From the NCBI GenBank assembly GCA_041596615.1, contig JBFHIG010000002.1:3162-67161 (forward strand): DNA of 64,000 nt, in the 5' to 3' direction. Below the pieces are notes generated by a model. It made no database searches, had not been told where the DNA came from, and saw only the letters and a list, made by a program, of their open reading frames with translations. Below are positions 10,301 through 18,159 of this stretch, piece by piece (the stretch's first letter is position 1; each line of letters opens with the position of its first letter). Both the position numbers and the translations under genes were made by a program. This DNA is from Candidatus Moraniibacteriota bacterium. Lineage in GTDB: Bacteria; Patescibacteriota; Minisyncoccia; Moranbacterales; DUUL01.

Positions 10301-12155
10301 AGAACTCACCTTCTGCTTTTTGTTTCAAATCCTCTCTTTTTTTCAATTCCGAAACGCTACTTATTTCACCTCTTCTTTCAAGCTCTTCTCTGTATTTACG
10401 CAGACTTGCTTCTACTTCTTGGAACTGATCTCTTTTTTCCTCGTTCGTTCTTTCTCTATCTAGTAACAAACCATTTCTGACTTCATTTAGTTGCAAGAGC
10501 TCTTCTTGTAGAATTTGGGCATCAACTCCTTCAAGCCCCTCGAAACTCCTTTTAGCTTCTTGCAATTTTAAATTTTCAATCTCATTTTCGTCTATTCTAT
10601 CGTCAGTCGTTTCTGTTTTTGTTTTAGTCGTGTCAATTTCATTATCACTTTTGGAATCAAAATTAGCTGTTTTGTCCATCCACTCTTGATAGTGTGTTCC
10701 TTCTTTTTTTAATTCCCCTTCTTTAGTCACCTTTTTTACTGGGCCTTCTTGATTTTCCTGTGATTCTTTAGCTGAGACCCCCTCCACTTCATTTCTTTCT
10801 GCATTAGAAAGCTTCTCGGGGTTCTTTTCTTTTCGATACATCCCATTGGAGATCATTTGTCTCAGTTCCTTCACTGATACATAAGTTCCTTTTTCTGTAC
10901 CGGTATATAGAATTCTGACTTGATGTTGCTTGCTTTGTTTTGAGAATTTATCCTTCTCTATCACAAAAGATTTCAGGCCCCCGACTTCACTCTTAAAAAT
11001 AAATTCTCTGCTTTTCCCAAATTCAGCAACAAAATCTTCTGCACTAATTCCGCCAGCCTCAACCTCTGGAATAAAATCAGTTTCGGTATATTCACTTTCA
11101 ATTAAATGCCTCAATTGATCTGGAGACATCTTTTTTGATTCCCCACTTTCCGATTCCTTAATTTCAATCTCCCATCTGGTTTCATCTTTTTTGTAAAAAT
11201 AGCTTACAATTTCAAGTTTTTTAGTTCCATCTTTTGCACTATGAATAGATCCAACAACTCCGAATAATCCTGTTAATTCTTCCAGACTCAAAACCTCACC
11301 CTTACTCTTTTCTAAATCGCTGACTTCGATTGAGTCAACTTTCTCGGAGACACTTTCATCCTTTCCCAACTTACCATTTAAGACTGCTCTATCCTCAGAC
11401 GCTTCTTTATAATTTTCCATCATCTCCAAAAACTTTGGAACTTTCATTTTTTCATCGCCAGAAGCTTCGCTTTCCCAATCCGAGCCCAATTTGATTACGT
11501 TTACACCTTCTTCATCGACTTTTGTACCAGTTGGCAAAAAAGCAATGTGAACTTTTCCATCTTTATACCCAATAACTTTCATATGCTTTTTGCCATCTCG
11601 GCTAACATAGACTCTGTCAGGACTGGTTTTTGTTATTTCAAAGAAATCTTTCTCCGAAATTATCTTTTCTCTCTCGACTCCTACACCATCAACATTGCTC
11701 TTTTTATCATTCCCATATTCCTCACCAGACAAGGGCCTGTTACCTAAGCCAGCATTCTCTGCTTCATGAATAAAATCTTCATCAACCAAACCCATTACCT
11801 CTCCTTTAATAATTTTCACCAAACTAGTAAGTCTTTTGCTCCTCAAAAAATCACAAATAACTGCTTCTGTGGCTTGCTTATTTTGTAAATTCATATCACC
11901 TGTCTCGGCAGAACTTTTCAGTTTTGCGGCAAGCTCAGCAAAATCAATCTTCAGCTTTTCTTGAAGTTCATGTCTCTCACTTTGGGAATGTTTTAATAAA
12001 TAATCATTAATGACATCCACAGTGAATGTTTTATCAAGCGCGTTCACAACAGCTTCTCTTGTGATATTTTTTTGGTTTTTTTCAGCTTCTGCGGTAAGCA
12101 TCTCTTTTGTTTCTACAGAAGTCGTTGGGCCATCTTCCTCAGTTATTTCCGGCAT
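7350..12155 (-). CDS. Giant (1601 aa) acidic coiled-coil protein with a central Gly/Ala-rich hydrophobic region and internal repeats
   Basis: One uninterrupted 4.8-kb ORF that is E/K-rich throughout. A 2 x 77-aa tandem repeat occupies aa 544-697. Hydrophobic G/A-rich segments occupy aa ~887-925 and ~991-1010 (WKVAGGIALAGVLSGSIALAGGAAVGTAMGAGASS; AMAAAGITGFVAGGGI). All plus-strand ORFs inside it are low-complexity shadows. Confidence 0.75.
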   Translation of the reverse strand: MPEITEEDGPTTSVETKEMLTAEAEKNQKNITREAVVNALDKTFTVDVINDYLLKHSQSERHELQEKLKIDFAELAAKLKSSAETGDMNLQNKQATEAVICDFLRSKRLTSLVKIIKGEVMGLVDEDFIHEAENAGLGNRPLSGEEYGNDKKSNVDGVGVEREKIISEKDFFEITKTSPDRVYVSRDGKKHMKVIGYKDGKVHIAFLPTGTKVDEEGVNVIKLGSDWESEASGDEKMKVPKFLEMMENYKEASEDRAVLNGKLGKDESVSEKVDSIEVSDLEKSKGEVLSLEELTGLFGVVGSIHSAKDGTKKLEIVSYFYKKDETRWEIEIKESESGESKKMSPDQLRHLIESEYTETDFIPEVEAGGISAEDFVAEFGKSREFIFKSEVGGLKSFVIEKDKFSKQSKQHQVRILYTGTEKGTYVSVKELRQMISNGMYRKEKNPEKLSNAERNEVEGVSAKESQENQEGPVKKVTKEGELKKEGTHYQEWMDKTANFDSKSDNEIDTTKTKTETTDDRIDENEIENLKLQEAKRSFEGLEGVDAQILQEELLQLNEVRNGLLLDRERTNEEKRDQFQEVEASLRKYREELERRGEISSVSELKKREDLKQKAEGEFSDVDTAVLQDELSQLNEIRNGLLLDKDKTNTEKKDQFQEVEASIRKYRKELEIRGESVNVSKSEEEKAVESESAPLNFDEIVGRNESEGKSPEDESEKKSEKGTQVEMNSKFEAWKNAQINFEQKGNKLTIVKRNLAKMGIAFGEDAEAMKELQNAKDAMQEAEKAFKDAHADFIETRAQSRKNALEHSKVEGEEKIKSMREYIFSEKIIDLEKTNEAGEKKIEKISLMQDLNNKMLELNQARKEILNERDKGIAEKLFEGYQKIPKKWKVAGGIALAGVLSGSIALAGGAAVGTAMGAGASSLTMRTVRFFIGGKFSRMAFRDVSVWGESTREKRGEKIEKKTVNKYFEEGKMDMVSMIQKKMNLERNDNIKAMAAAGITGFVAGGGIKMLDMYFDLSSLTSIDSGKITTENHAGEASAATVESTDKLGVTTEKVNNIAIGGRDFEATNDELGKTGFAGTKAFEEYQRKFSVEAHDKFIEEHGGKSHENEAAWLKLIEDERPKYLEQARLETTPSAFREGDLAKTKAYQEFQAAHDKFVNEHAKIISKEKAEALWKERVKPLEQSYLERAKAELQANQIAETDGGASVINDSEKVGEVAHESLPTEEQEGVVTKRQSGASDEMIKESFLDNADSEFKILTADELSEKLKELKINEKDEAWRAISKMTLKELDNFPKTKAEAIDAWRSNALNLSLESKAELDFVDIREVERMAIMAKIAFDEIDKDMINTPGEIRLENALRGDYASEKVRPESFQEFERSIEKGDNTRTVENGILSGNDLLQPKAIILDEGDEQFIREGEEQFSEEKISTPKDVEKTVISPEKSKHISRLQQEKLKDEQENAIIEEELESAKDETEVKKTAETEGEQLEKVAEKADIKELMSQLSAEDEKLLTETKGNDLLAEVKNVVLAKEAAESGDGDEIDFYIEHAKAVDIALKIDTEIGFKDHSIGESISQYVAKGNTITKEQLEELAKLVKYLEQYNK

Positions 12156-12354
12156 AGTTTTTGTGATAATCTTTGAGTAATTTTTTGTCTTTTTGTTTTT
12201 TGCATCACTAAATCAAAATAAAACAGTTTTGGTTTTAAATTCCAAACACTGAAATTGTCGCTAGTTTATTTAATAACATTATATCACAGATTGTTTACAA
12301 TACCAATCAAAACAAATATAATAAAGACAAGAAGAATCTACTAAAAAATAAAAA

Positions 12355-14037
12355 GTGAAAAATAAAAAAATAAAAAGTGATTTTCTTAAAAATTCAGTCT
12401 CATCTGTAATTATTTTTTTTTCACACAAAAGAAAATTTTTACTGCTGACGTCTTTTCTTTTCATCTTGTTGTTAACCTTGTTCTTCAGACTGTATCAATT
12501 AGAACAAACACCTCCTGGACTTAGCGAAGGCGAAGCAAATCTTGGACTGCTTGCTTTAGATCCTAGCAATAAAAATTCTACTACGACATTGTCGTCTTTA
12601 AACAAACCTGATTTTGGTTTTTTTACCAGTCTAATCTTAGTTGGTTTTAAAGTTTTTGGCGTCAATATCTTTGCTTTAAGAATCTTAAGCGCCTTAATCG
12701 GAACGCTTACTGTGTTTGGATTTTTTTTACTTCTAAGAAAATTACACTATTCTCTTGGCATGTCCTTGCTGGGCACGTTTTTTATGTCTTTTTCTTTTTG
12801 GCACATAAACCTTTCTCGTTTGGCATGTACTGAAATTTTTATTCCATTTATTATTATTTGGTTTTTATTTTTTTTACTAAGTGGAGTTTTTTCAAAAAAA
12901 TATCTTTATTTTATTCTCTCTGGAGCAACTATCGCCTTAGGAGTTTCAATGCACCCTTTAATAATTTTTTCACTCTTAATTCCATTTTTATTCATTTCCC
13001 TCACCACACTTCTAGATAAAAAATTTCTCATTAAACTAAAGGGTCAGCTTTTCATATTCGCATTATCTATTCTGTTTTTTTCTATTCCACTTTTGTTTCA
13101 GTTTATAAACAATCCTGCTATCTTCCTAAACAGTTTCAAGCAAGCCTTACTTTTTGATGCTTCAAACCTATCCCTCGCTACTTTCATAAAAAATGCTTTA
13201 ACATATTTCTTATCACTTTTTTATCTTGGAGACCCCAACCAGCTTCACAACCAATCATCTCTTCCCGCAATACCCTTGGCTTGGTCAGTTCTCTTTCTCT
13301 TCGGATTCTTTCTTTCGGCCAAAATAATACTATCTTCACTCTACGGGAAATCCGAAAAATCAAGTACTCCTAAAAATATTCATGCCTCAATTCTAGCTCA
13401 ATGCATTTTTTTTGTGGCTATTTTAATAGCATCCCTCTATTCAAATCACGCTCCTGATTTCAAAAAATTTGCTTGGGCCATTCCAGCTGTTTTTATTTTC
13501 TGTACAATCCCTTTTGAACATCTACTAGGAGTGTATCAGAAACTAAAGCAATCTATTAGAATTTCAATGAAGAAGTGGCGTTGGAATATTATGCAATTTT
13601 CTATGCTCATTCTATTCCTTGCGATTGTCTTGGCTGGTTTTTCGCAAATATCTTTATATTTTCAAATTTGGGCAAAAGATATAAGAACGGTAGAAGCTTT
13701 CCAACAATCACAGGTTGAGCTTGGAAAAATAATCAAAAGTCTTATTGCCAAAGAAAATAATTTCATAATTCTACCCGAAGACACAACTCTCTCAAAAAAT
13801 GGTGCCATAGAAAATTTTAAAACCTTTGAATTTGCAGGATTCCCAGAAATTAAAAACTATACACTTGTGTTACCTAGCGAGGACCTGCTGGAAATTAATT
13901 GCGAAAATTCTCTATTTGTTTTCTATAATTCTACTGATTTACTAAGAAAGCAATTTCAAAAAAAATGTCCTTCGAACAACTTTCAAAGAAAAATGTCACC
14001 TGATGGTAAAAGAGATTTTTGGACTATGCAAGAATAA
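12355..14037 (+). CDS. Polytopic membrane protein, GT-C fold glycosyltransferase-like (ArnT/PMT, GT39-like)
   Basis: 560-aa ORF with a GTG start and more than 10 predicted TM helices. It has a first-loop acidic motif (PPGLSEGEANLG) and a soluble C-terminal domain. The topology matches ArnT/PMT-type enzymes, but the sequence motifs are weak. Confidence 0.5.
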   Translation: MKNKKIKSDFLKNSVSSVIIFFSHKRKFLLLTSFLFILLLTLFFRLYQLEQTPPGLSEGEANLGLLALDPSNKNSTTTLSSLNKPDFGFFTSLILVGFKVFGVNIFALRILSALIGTLTVFGFFLLLRKLHYSLGMSLLGTFFMSFSFWHINLSRLACTEIFIPFIIIWFLFFLLSGVFSKKYLYFILSGATIALGVSMHPLIIFSLLIPFLFISLTTLLDKKFLIKLKGQLFIFALSILFFSIPLLFQFINNPAIFLNSFKQALLFDASNLSLATFIKNALTYFLSLFYLGDPNQLHNQSSLPAIPLAWSVLFLFGFFLSAKIILSSLYGKSEKSSTPKNIHASILAQCIFFVAILIASLYSNHAPDFKKFAWAIPAVFIFCTIPFEHLLGVYQKLKQSIRISMKKWRWNIMQFSMLILFLAIVLAGFSQISLYFQIWAKDIRTVEAFQQSQVELGKIIKSLIAKENNFIILPEDTTLSKNGAIENFKTFEFAGFPEIKNYTLVLPSEDLLEINCENSLFVFYNSTDLLRKQFQKKCPSNNFQRKMSPDGKRDFWTMQE

Positions 14038-14088
14038 TGTTCTATAATGGCTATAAAGAATAATTAAGCAAATATAACTTTATAAAAA

Positions 14089-14496
14089 ATGCAAACATCA
14101 GACAATTCGCAATTTAAAATTTGCATCATAGAAGATGAAAAAAGCATCCTCGAACTCTATCGCACTAAATTGGAAGGTGAACATTATCAGGTCTTTACTG
14201 CTAGTGATGGTCTGGAGGGGATGGAGTTATTAAAAAAAGTTTCACCCCACGTAGTTTTGGTAGATTTAATGATGCCTAATATGACTGGTTATGAATTGAT
14301 GGAAAAAATGAAAGCCGATCAAGAATTGAGAAATATTCCAATAATTATCCTCACAAACTTTGACGATACTGAATCAATCAATAAAACTAGTCATTTTGAT
14401 GCTGATTTTTATTTAGTAAAAGCACAATATTCACCTTCAGACGTAGCACATATTGTAAAAGAGGTTCTTGACTCACACCATGAGTATTCTTTTTAA
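14089..14496 (+). CDS. Stand-alone response-regulator receiver (CheY-like) protein
   Basis: 135-aa ORF with the acidic pair IIEDE, a phospho-acceptor context (HVVLVDLMMPNMTGYE), the IIILTNF T/S position and a YLVKAQ Lys position. It has no output domain. Confidence 0.85.
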   Translation: MQTSDNSQFKICIIEDEKSILELYRTKLEGEHYQVFTASDGLEGMELLKKVSPHVVLVDLMMPNMTGYELMEKMKADQELRNIPIIILTNFDDTESINKTSHFDADFYLVKAQYSPSDVAHIVKEVLDSHHEYSF

Positions 14497-14550
14497 TACA
14501 ACCCTCTTTTTAAAAAATTAACTGGACATGATTTTCTTTTTCTTTTTAAA

Positions 14551-14582
14551 AAAACACTACCAGAGCATGGTAGTGTTTTTGA
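14551..14582 (+). terminator. Rho-independent terminator of the receiver gene
   Basis: ACACTACCA-GAGCA-TGGTAGTGT stem-loop followed by TTTTT. Confidence 0.8.
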
Positions 14583-14649
14583 ATTTAATGTGAAAACACC
14601 CTTATCACATCAAATTCAACTATTCTGTTTTTCTACTTTACCGGAAAAT

Positions 14650-14805
14650 AAAAAACTTCTATTTAAGTTTCTCCTAAGCCTTGGCTTAGTCCTGCAGTCG
14701 AGGTATCGCGCCTGTAGACCACTTCGGAAACTTATATTTTAATTTTAATTTTTCCAGAAACAAGTCTTTATTGGAACCTTACAGTAACAATGATTAGACT
14801 TTTTA
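14650..14805 (-). ncRNA. Candidate small structured RNA (unclassified)
   Basis: A local G+C-rich core (14670-14735) contains nested hairpins, including CTAAGCC-TTG-GCTTAG. On the minus strand there is a TATAAT box near 14806-14811 and a weak AT-rich hairpin plus U-run at about 14650-14672. I could not assign a family, and the strand is uncertain. Confidence 0.2.
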
Positions 14806-14896
14806 TACATACATTATACTAAATTTTATCTTTTTAGCATAACCCAAAACAAATAGTTTCACTTATTATAGCACAAAAAAATAAAACACCAAAAAC

Positions 14897-14925
14897 TTGA
14901 CACATCTTTAAACAAGGAATATTAT
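14897..14925 (+). promoter_or_regulatory. Sigma70-like promoter
   Basis: TTGACA (14897-14902), a 17-nt spacer, then TATTAT (14920-14925). Confidence 0.4.
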
Positions 14926-14951
14926 TTAAATATAATTTATTTTAAGTTAAG

Positions 14952-15079
14952 ATGAGAATTATTTTTGGAAATAGCAACAATTCAAACAATAATCAAAACC
15001 GTAAACGACGGCTATCATTTTAATATAAATTAAATTAGATAAATGCAAGCCGTCAATCAAGACGGTTTTTTTGTTTTTT
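14952..15079 (+). promoter_or_regulatory. Candidate leader-peptide transcription attenuator (Asn-rich 23-codon ORF plus four alternately complementary segments plus a terminator)
   Basis: A small ORF at 14952-15023 encodes MRIIFGNSNNSNNNQNRKRRLSF. The four segments are CCGT (14999-15002), GACGGC (15007-15012), GCCGTC (15049-15054) and GACGGT (15061-15066), followed by a T-run. The pairings 1:2, 2:3 and 3:4 are all possible. No clear SD precedes the small ORF. Confidence 0.3.
15048..15079 (+). terminator. Rho-independent terminator
   Basis: AGCCGTC-AATCAA-GACGGTT stem-loop followed by TTTTTTGTTTTTT. Confidence 0.7.
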
Positions 15080-15104
15080 AAAACATACACAGTGGAGGTT
15101 TTTT

Positions 15105-15368
15105 ATGAAACTTATCCCAGAAGAAACCAATATTTCTATGAATTGCCTGTGTGAAGGAATTTACTATGGACACATAGCTAATAGAATCACCCCAAATATA
15201 ATGCCCCAAGAATCTTCTTGGGAACATAATTCATGGTATACAGGAGAACTTGCACTTTTTGAGGCTCTTGCCACCATTCCTCCGGATAAGAAACCCTCAA
15301 AAATAACCGTTTTAAGACTTTTTCTTGAAAAAATATTTTCTAAAATTAAATACTTCAAGAAATTCTAG
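15105..15368 (+). CDS. Hypothetical 87-aa protein
   Basis: GGAGG lies 6 nt upstream of the ATG, and a perfect terminator follows the ORF. I recognised no family. The antisense ORF at 15164-15358 lacks such signals. Confidence 0.5.
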   Translation: MKLIPEETNISMNCLCEGIYYGHIANRITPNIMPQESSWEHNSWYTGELALFEALATIPPDKKPSKITVLRLFLEKIFSKIKYFKKF

Positions 15369-15388
15369 TCTTTGGTCTAATGTTCCAC

Positions 15389-15422
15389 CAGGAAGATAAC
15401 AATGTTATCTTCCTGTTTTTTC
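15389..15422 (+). terminator. Rho-independent terminator
   Basis: CAGGAAGATAAC-AAT-GTTATCTTCCTG perfect 12-bp stem followed by TTTTTT. Confidence 0.85.
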
Positions 15423-15590
15423 ACACTCTTTCATAGTCACTCAATAAACTAATCGTTAAGATATCCACTGAAAATATTCCAAAAAAGACACCTTTAAAGG
15501 TATCTTTTTTGGAAATTAAGTTATTCAAACCATACCTTGTTATTTTTTCGAAAACTAACTAATTGAAAATTCAAAATTCAAAACTGAACA

Positions 15591-17069
15591 TTACCTTTTA
15601 ACCTGACAAATTTTCATTCCTTGAAAATTTCCCAGTTCTTCCATCGGCAATTCATTTCCCCAATCACAAGTCCAGTCAACCACAATCATTTCATTGTTTT
15701 TCTCAATGTCTGCCAGGTCTGTAATTCTATTTTCATTCCCAACAACAACCCACTTGCTAAAATCTTCTGTTGGATTTGACCTATTATAGTATCGGACCCT
15801 CTCTTCTCCGAAATAATATCTTGCCGAAGTATAACTAAATGGTCCATCAGTAACAATAATGCTTTTCTCGAAAATTGGATATTCCTTTATAAAACCTGAG
15901 GCTTCAGTCCAGCCACCTTGAAATTTAACAGGGACCAGGAAAAAAATTAATGCTGCATAAATTACAAAAGTCGCAATCCATGCCCACCTTGAATTAAAAA
16001 TTAAAGTAATCATCCCGGCAAACAAGAGATATATCAGTAGCGCTGATGGCATAAAATATCTTGAAACATAAAGCTTTAAATTGAAATGCCCAAGAATAAT
16101 CAGAAATAAAAGGGTTCCCAAAGAGATAACTGCCAAAACAAAAACTTCTTTTTTTTCTTTACCTTTAAACCAAACATAACTTAGCATCACGATAATAAGT
16201 GCAAAAAGCAAAACTCCCATTGAGGTTCCATCGGAAAATGGGATATCTTTATATAATTTTATAAACTCAACCGATTCTGGCACCCCTCCACTTCCTGGTT
16301 GATGACCAAAAAAGAAAATTTGCAAAGTCTTTGGAAGATCGCTGATTTGTGCTGAAGGGATCCACCCTAAATTTCCCTTTAATATATGCGGGATAAAATA
16401 CTTAATCCAACTAACAAAAAAAGCTGCTATGACACCAACTCCTAACCAAAAATTCCCATGTCCTAAAATCGCTTTTATCCACTTTTTCTCTTGAAAATTT
16501 CTCCCGTATAAAATATAACAAAAATAGAATACTATAAAAAAGAATAATGAAAGGTAGTGTGTCAAAAAAGACAAGCCAGCAAAAACTCCCCATAAAATCC
16601 AATTAATTCTCTTGTCATCATTCAATGCTTTTACAAAAAACCAAACCGACCAGAGGAAAAGAAAACCAAAAAGTGAGTACATCCTGGCCTCCTGTGAATA
16701 TTCAATTGCAAAAGGAGAAATAGCCGTAATAGCTGCCGCCAAAAGACCTGCACGCGTACTAAACATTCTTTTTCCAATCCAATAAATTGAAACTACGGTT
16801 AAGATTCCGAAAATAAAAGAAAATGAGCGAATTCCTTCTGGAGAATAATTAAATAAAGCGCTCCATGGCTTAACCAGCCAATAATATAGTGGCGGATGCA
16901 CATCTGCAAAAATCATCTGATTCATCTCTCCCCATGATGCCTTTAAGAGGATCCCCGTAAATGCTTCATCATACCAAAAATCACGCTGCCAGATAATCGA
17001 AGTAAATCTCAAAACTACTGCCAGCAAGGTAATGGCTACCAAAATAATTGTTGGAAAGATTTTTTTCAT
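15591..17069 (-). CDS. GT-C fold glycosyltransferase (GT39/ArnT-PMT-like mannosyltransferase family)
   Basis: 492-aa polytopic ORF. The first-loop DE motif (RDFWYDEAFTG) and DVHPPLYYW are typical of this family. It has a soluble C-terminal domain. Confidence 0.7.
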   Translation of the reverse strand: MKKIFPTIILVAITLLAVVLRFTSIIWQRDFWYDEAFTGILLKASWGEMNQMIFADVHPPLYYWLVKPWSALFNYSPEGIRSFSFIFGILTVVSIYWIGKRMFSTRAGLLAAAITAISPFAIEYSQEARMYSLFGFLFLWSVWFFVKALNDDKRINWILWGVFAGLSFLTHYLSLFFFIVFYFCYILYGRNFQEKKWIKAILGHGNFWLGVGVIAAFFVSWIKYFIPHILKGNLGWIPSAQISDLPKTLQIFFFGHQPGSGGVPESVEFIKLYKDIPFSDGTSMGVLLFALIIVMLSYVWFKGKEKKEVFVLAVISLGTLLFLIILGHFNLKLYVSRYFMPSALLIYLLFAGMITLIFNSRWAWIATFVIYAALIFFLVPVKFQGGWTEASGFIKEYPIFEKSIIVTDGPFSYTSARYYFGEERVRYYNRSNPTEDFSKWVVVGNENRITDLADIEKNNEMIVVDWTCDWGNELPMEELGNFQGMKICQVKR

Positions 17070-17171
17070 TTATTTTAATTTAATTTTTTTGGAAATATTT
17101 ATTATTATACAGCAAAAGAATCTTTTCGTATAATAAAAAGCTTTTAAAAAAATATCAAGGCATTAAATGTT

Positions 17172-18134
17172 TTATTTTTTCTTATCATTTTTTTTCTTAT
17201 TTTCATCCTTCTCTGTCTCGGTTTTTATTTCTTGTGCTTTATCACTAGAAGCTCCTTTTACTTCTATTTCTTCTAACTCTTTTTCTCGCTCTTTATAATC
17301 AGTAAATCGATACACTACTTTGCCCTTAACTCTTAAATCTACATATTCAAGTTTTACTAAATCCTCCTGAGTGATTTTAGCTGCTAAAACTTTTTTTAAA
17401 ATTTTAACTTGTCTTGCCAGAGGCCTTTCAGAGGAGAAATATATTTCCCATCCCTCCTTTGTCTTAACTCTTACTTCCCCCGACACTGGTGAAGGGATGT
17501 ATAATGATTTATTATTAATCTCTATATCGCCCTCCTCCTGAACAGTTCTTTGAAGATTGCTACACAAATCAACAATTTCAATATGAGCAATTTCATCTCC
17601 TCGCTCAACTTCCCTACCACTTCCGTCTGTGACCAAGATATCATTTTCTAATTTTTCTATTTCTTCTTTATTTACATGATGAAAAGCTTCGGCTCTCTCA
17701 TCAACAAACCAATAACTATTCCCATTTGACCAAATAATAGTTTTTTTTCTTCTTTCAATTTCAAAAACTACCTTTGCCGGAAATTTTCTTTCGACCTCAA
17801 TTTTTCTAATCATAAAAAAATTATTAAAAATCTCAGCTTGAATTTTTTTTAAAGGAACTGTAATTAAATTATCCTTTGGAATGAAGTTAAAGTATTCTCC
17901 ATAAACATTTTTTTCAAAAACATTTCTTACCCCGGCTTCGTCTTCGGCCGCTCCTATAATTTCAACCTCTCTCACTTCCATAACTGGGGAAAATATAACT
18001 GTCCAGATTGTTGCTACGGAAAAACCAAAAAAAATAAACCAAAAAATAATTTTTTTAATTAGTTCAAAAAAAGTATACTTCTTCTTGTTTTTCCTTTTTT
18101 TATTTTTATTTGCAGAGACCTCCCTAGCACTCAT
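17172..18134 (-). CDS. ftsQ: Cell-division protein FtsQ/DivIB-like (POTRA)
   Basis: A basic N-terminus is followed by a single TM helix (IIFWFIFFGFSVATIWTVIF). A POTRA-like start (VMEVREVEIIGA) and an FtsQ-type beta domain follow. The gene lies downstream of ddl and the Mur-like gene. Confidence 0.65.
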   Translation of the reverse strand: MSAREVSANKNKKRKNKKKYTFFELIKKIIFWFIFFGFSVATIWTVIFSPVMEVREVEIIGAAEDEAGVRNVFEKNVYGEYFNFIPKDNLITVPLKKIQAEIFNNFFMIRKIEVERKFPAKVVFEIERRKKTIIWSNGNSYWFVDERAEAFHHVNKEEIEKLENDILVTDGSGREVERGDEIAHIEIVDLCSNLQRTVQEEGDIEINNKSLYIPSPVSGEVRVKTKEGWEIYFSSERPLARQVKILKKVLAAKITQEDLVKLEYVDLRVKGKVVYRFTDYKEREKELEEIEVKGASSDKAQEIKTETEKDENKKKNDKKK

Positions 18135-18159
18135 TCCAGTTTCTTCAAATTTTTAAACA

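Noticed and set aside
14952-15023. Treating the 23-codon Asn-rich ORF as a bona fide small protein gene
   Set aside because: It has no SD, and its composition is what AT-rich DNA yields by chance. I retain it only as a hypothetical leader peptide within the attenuator model.
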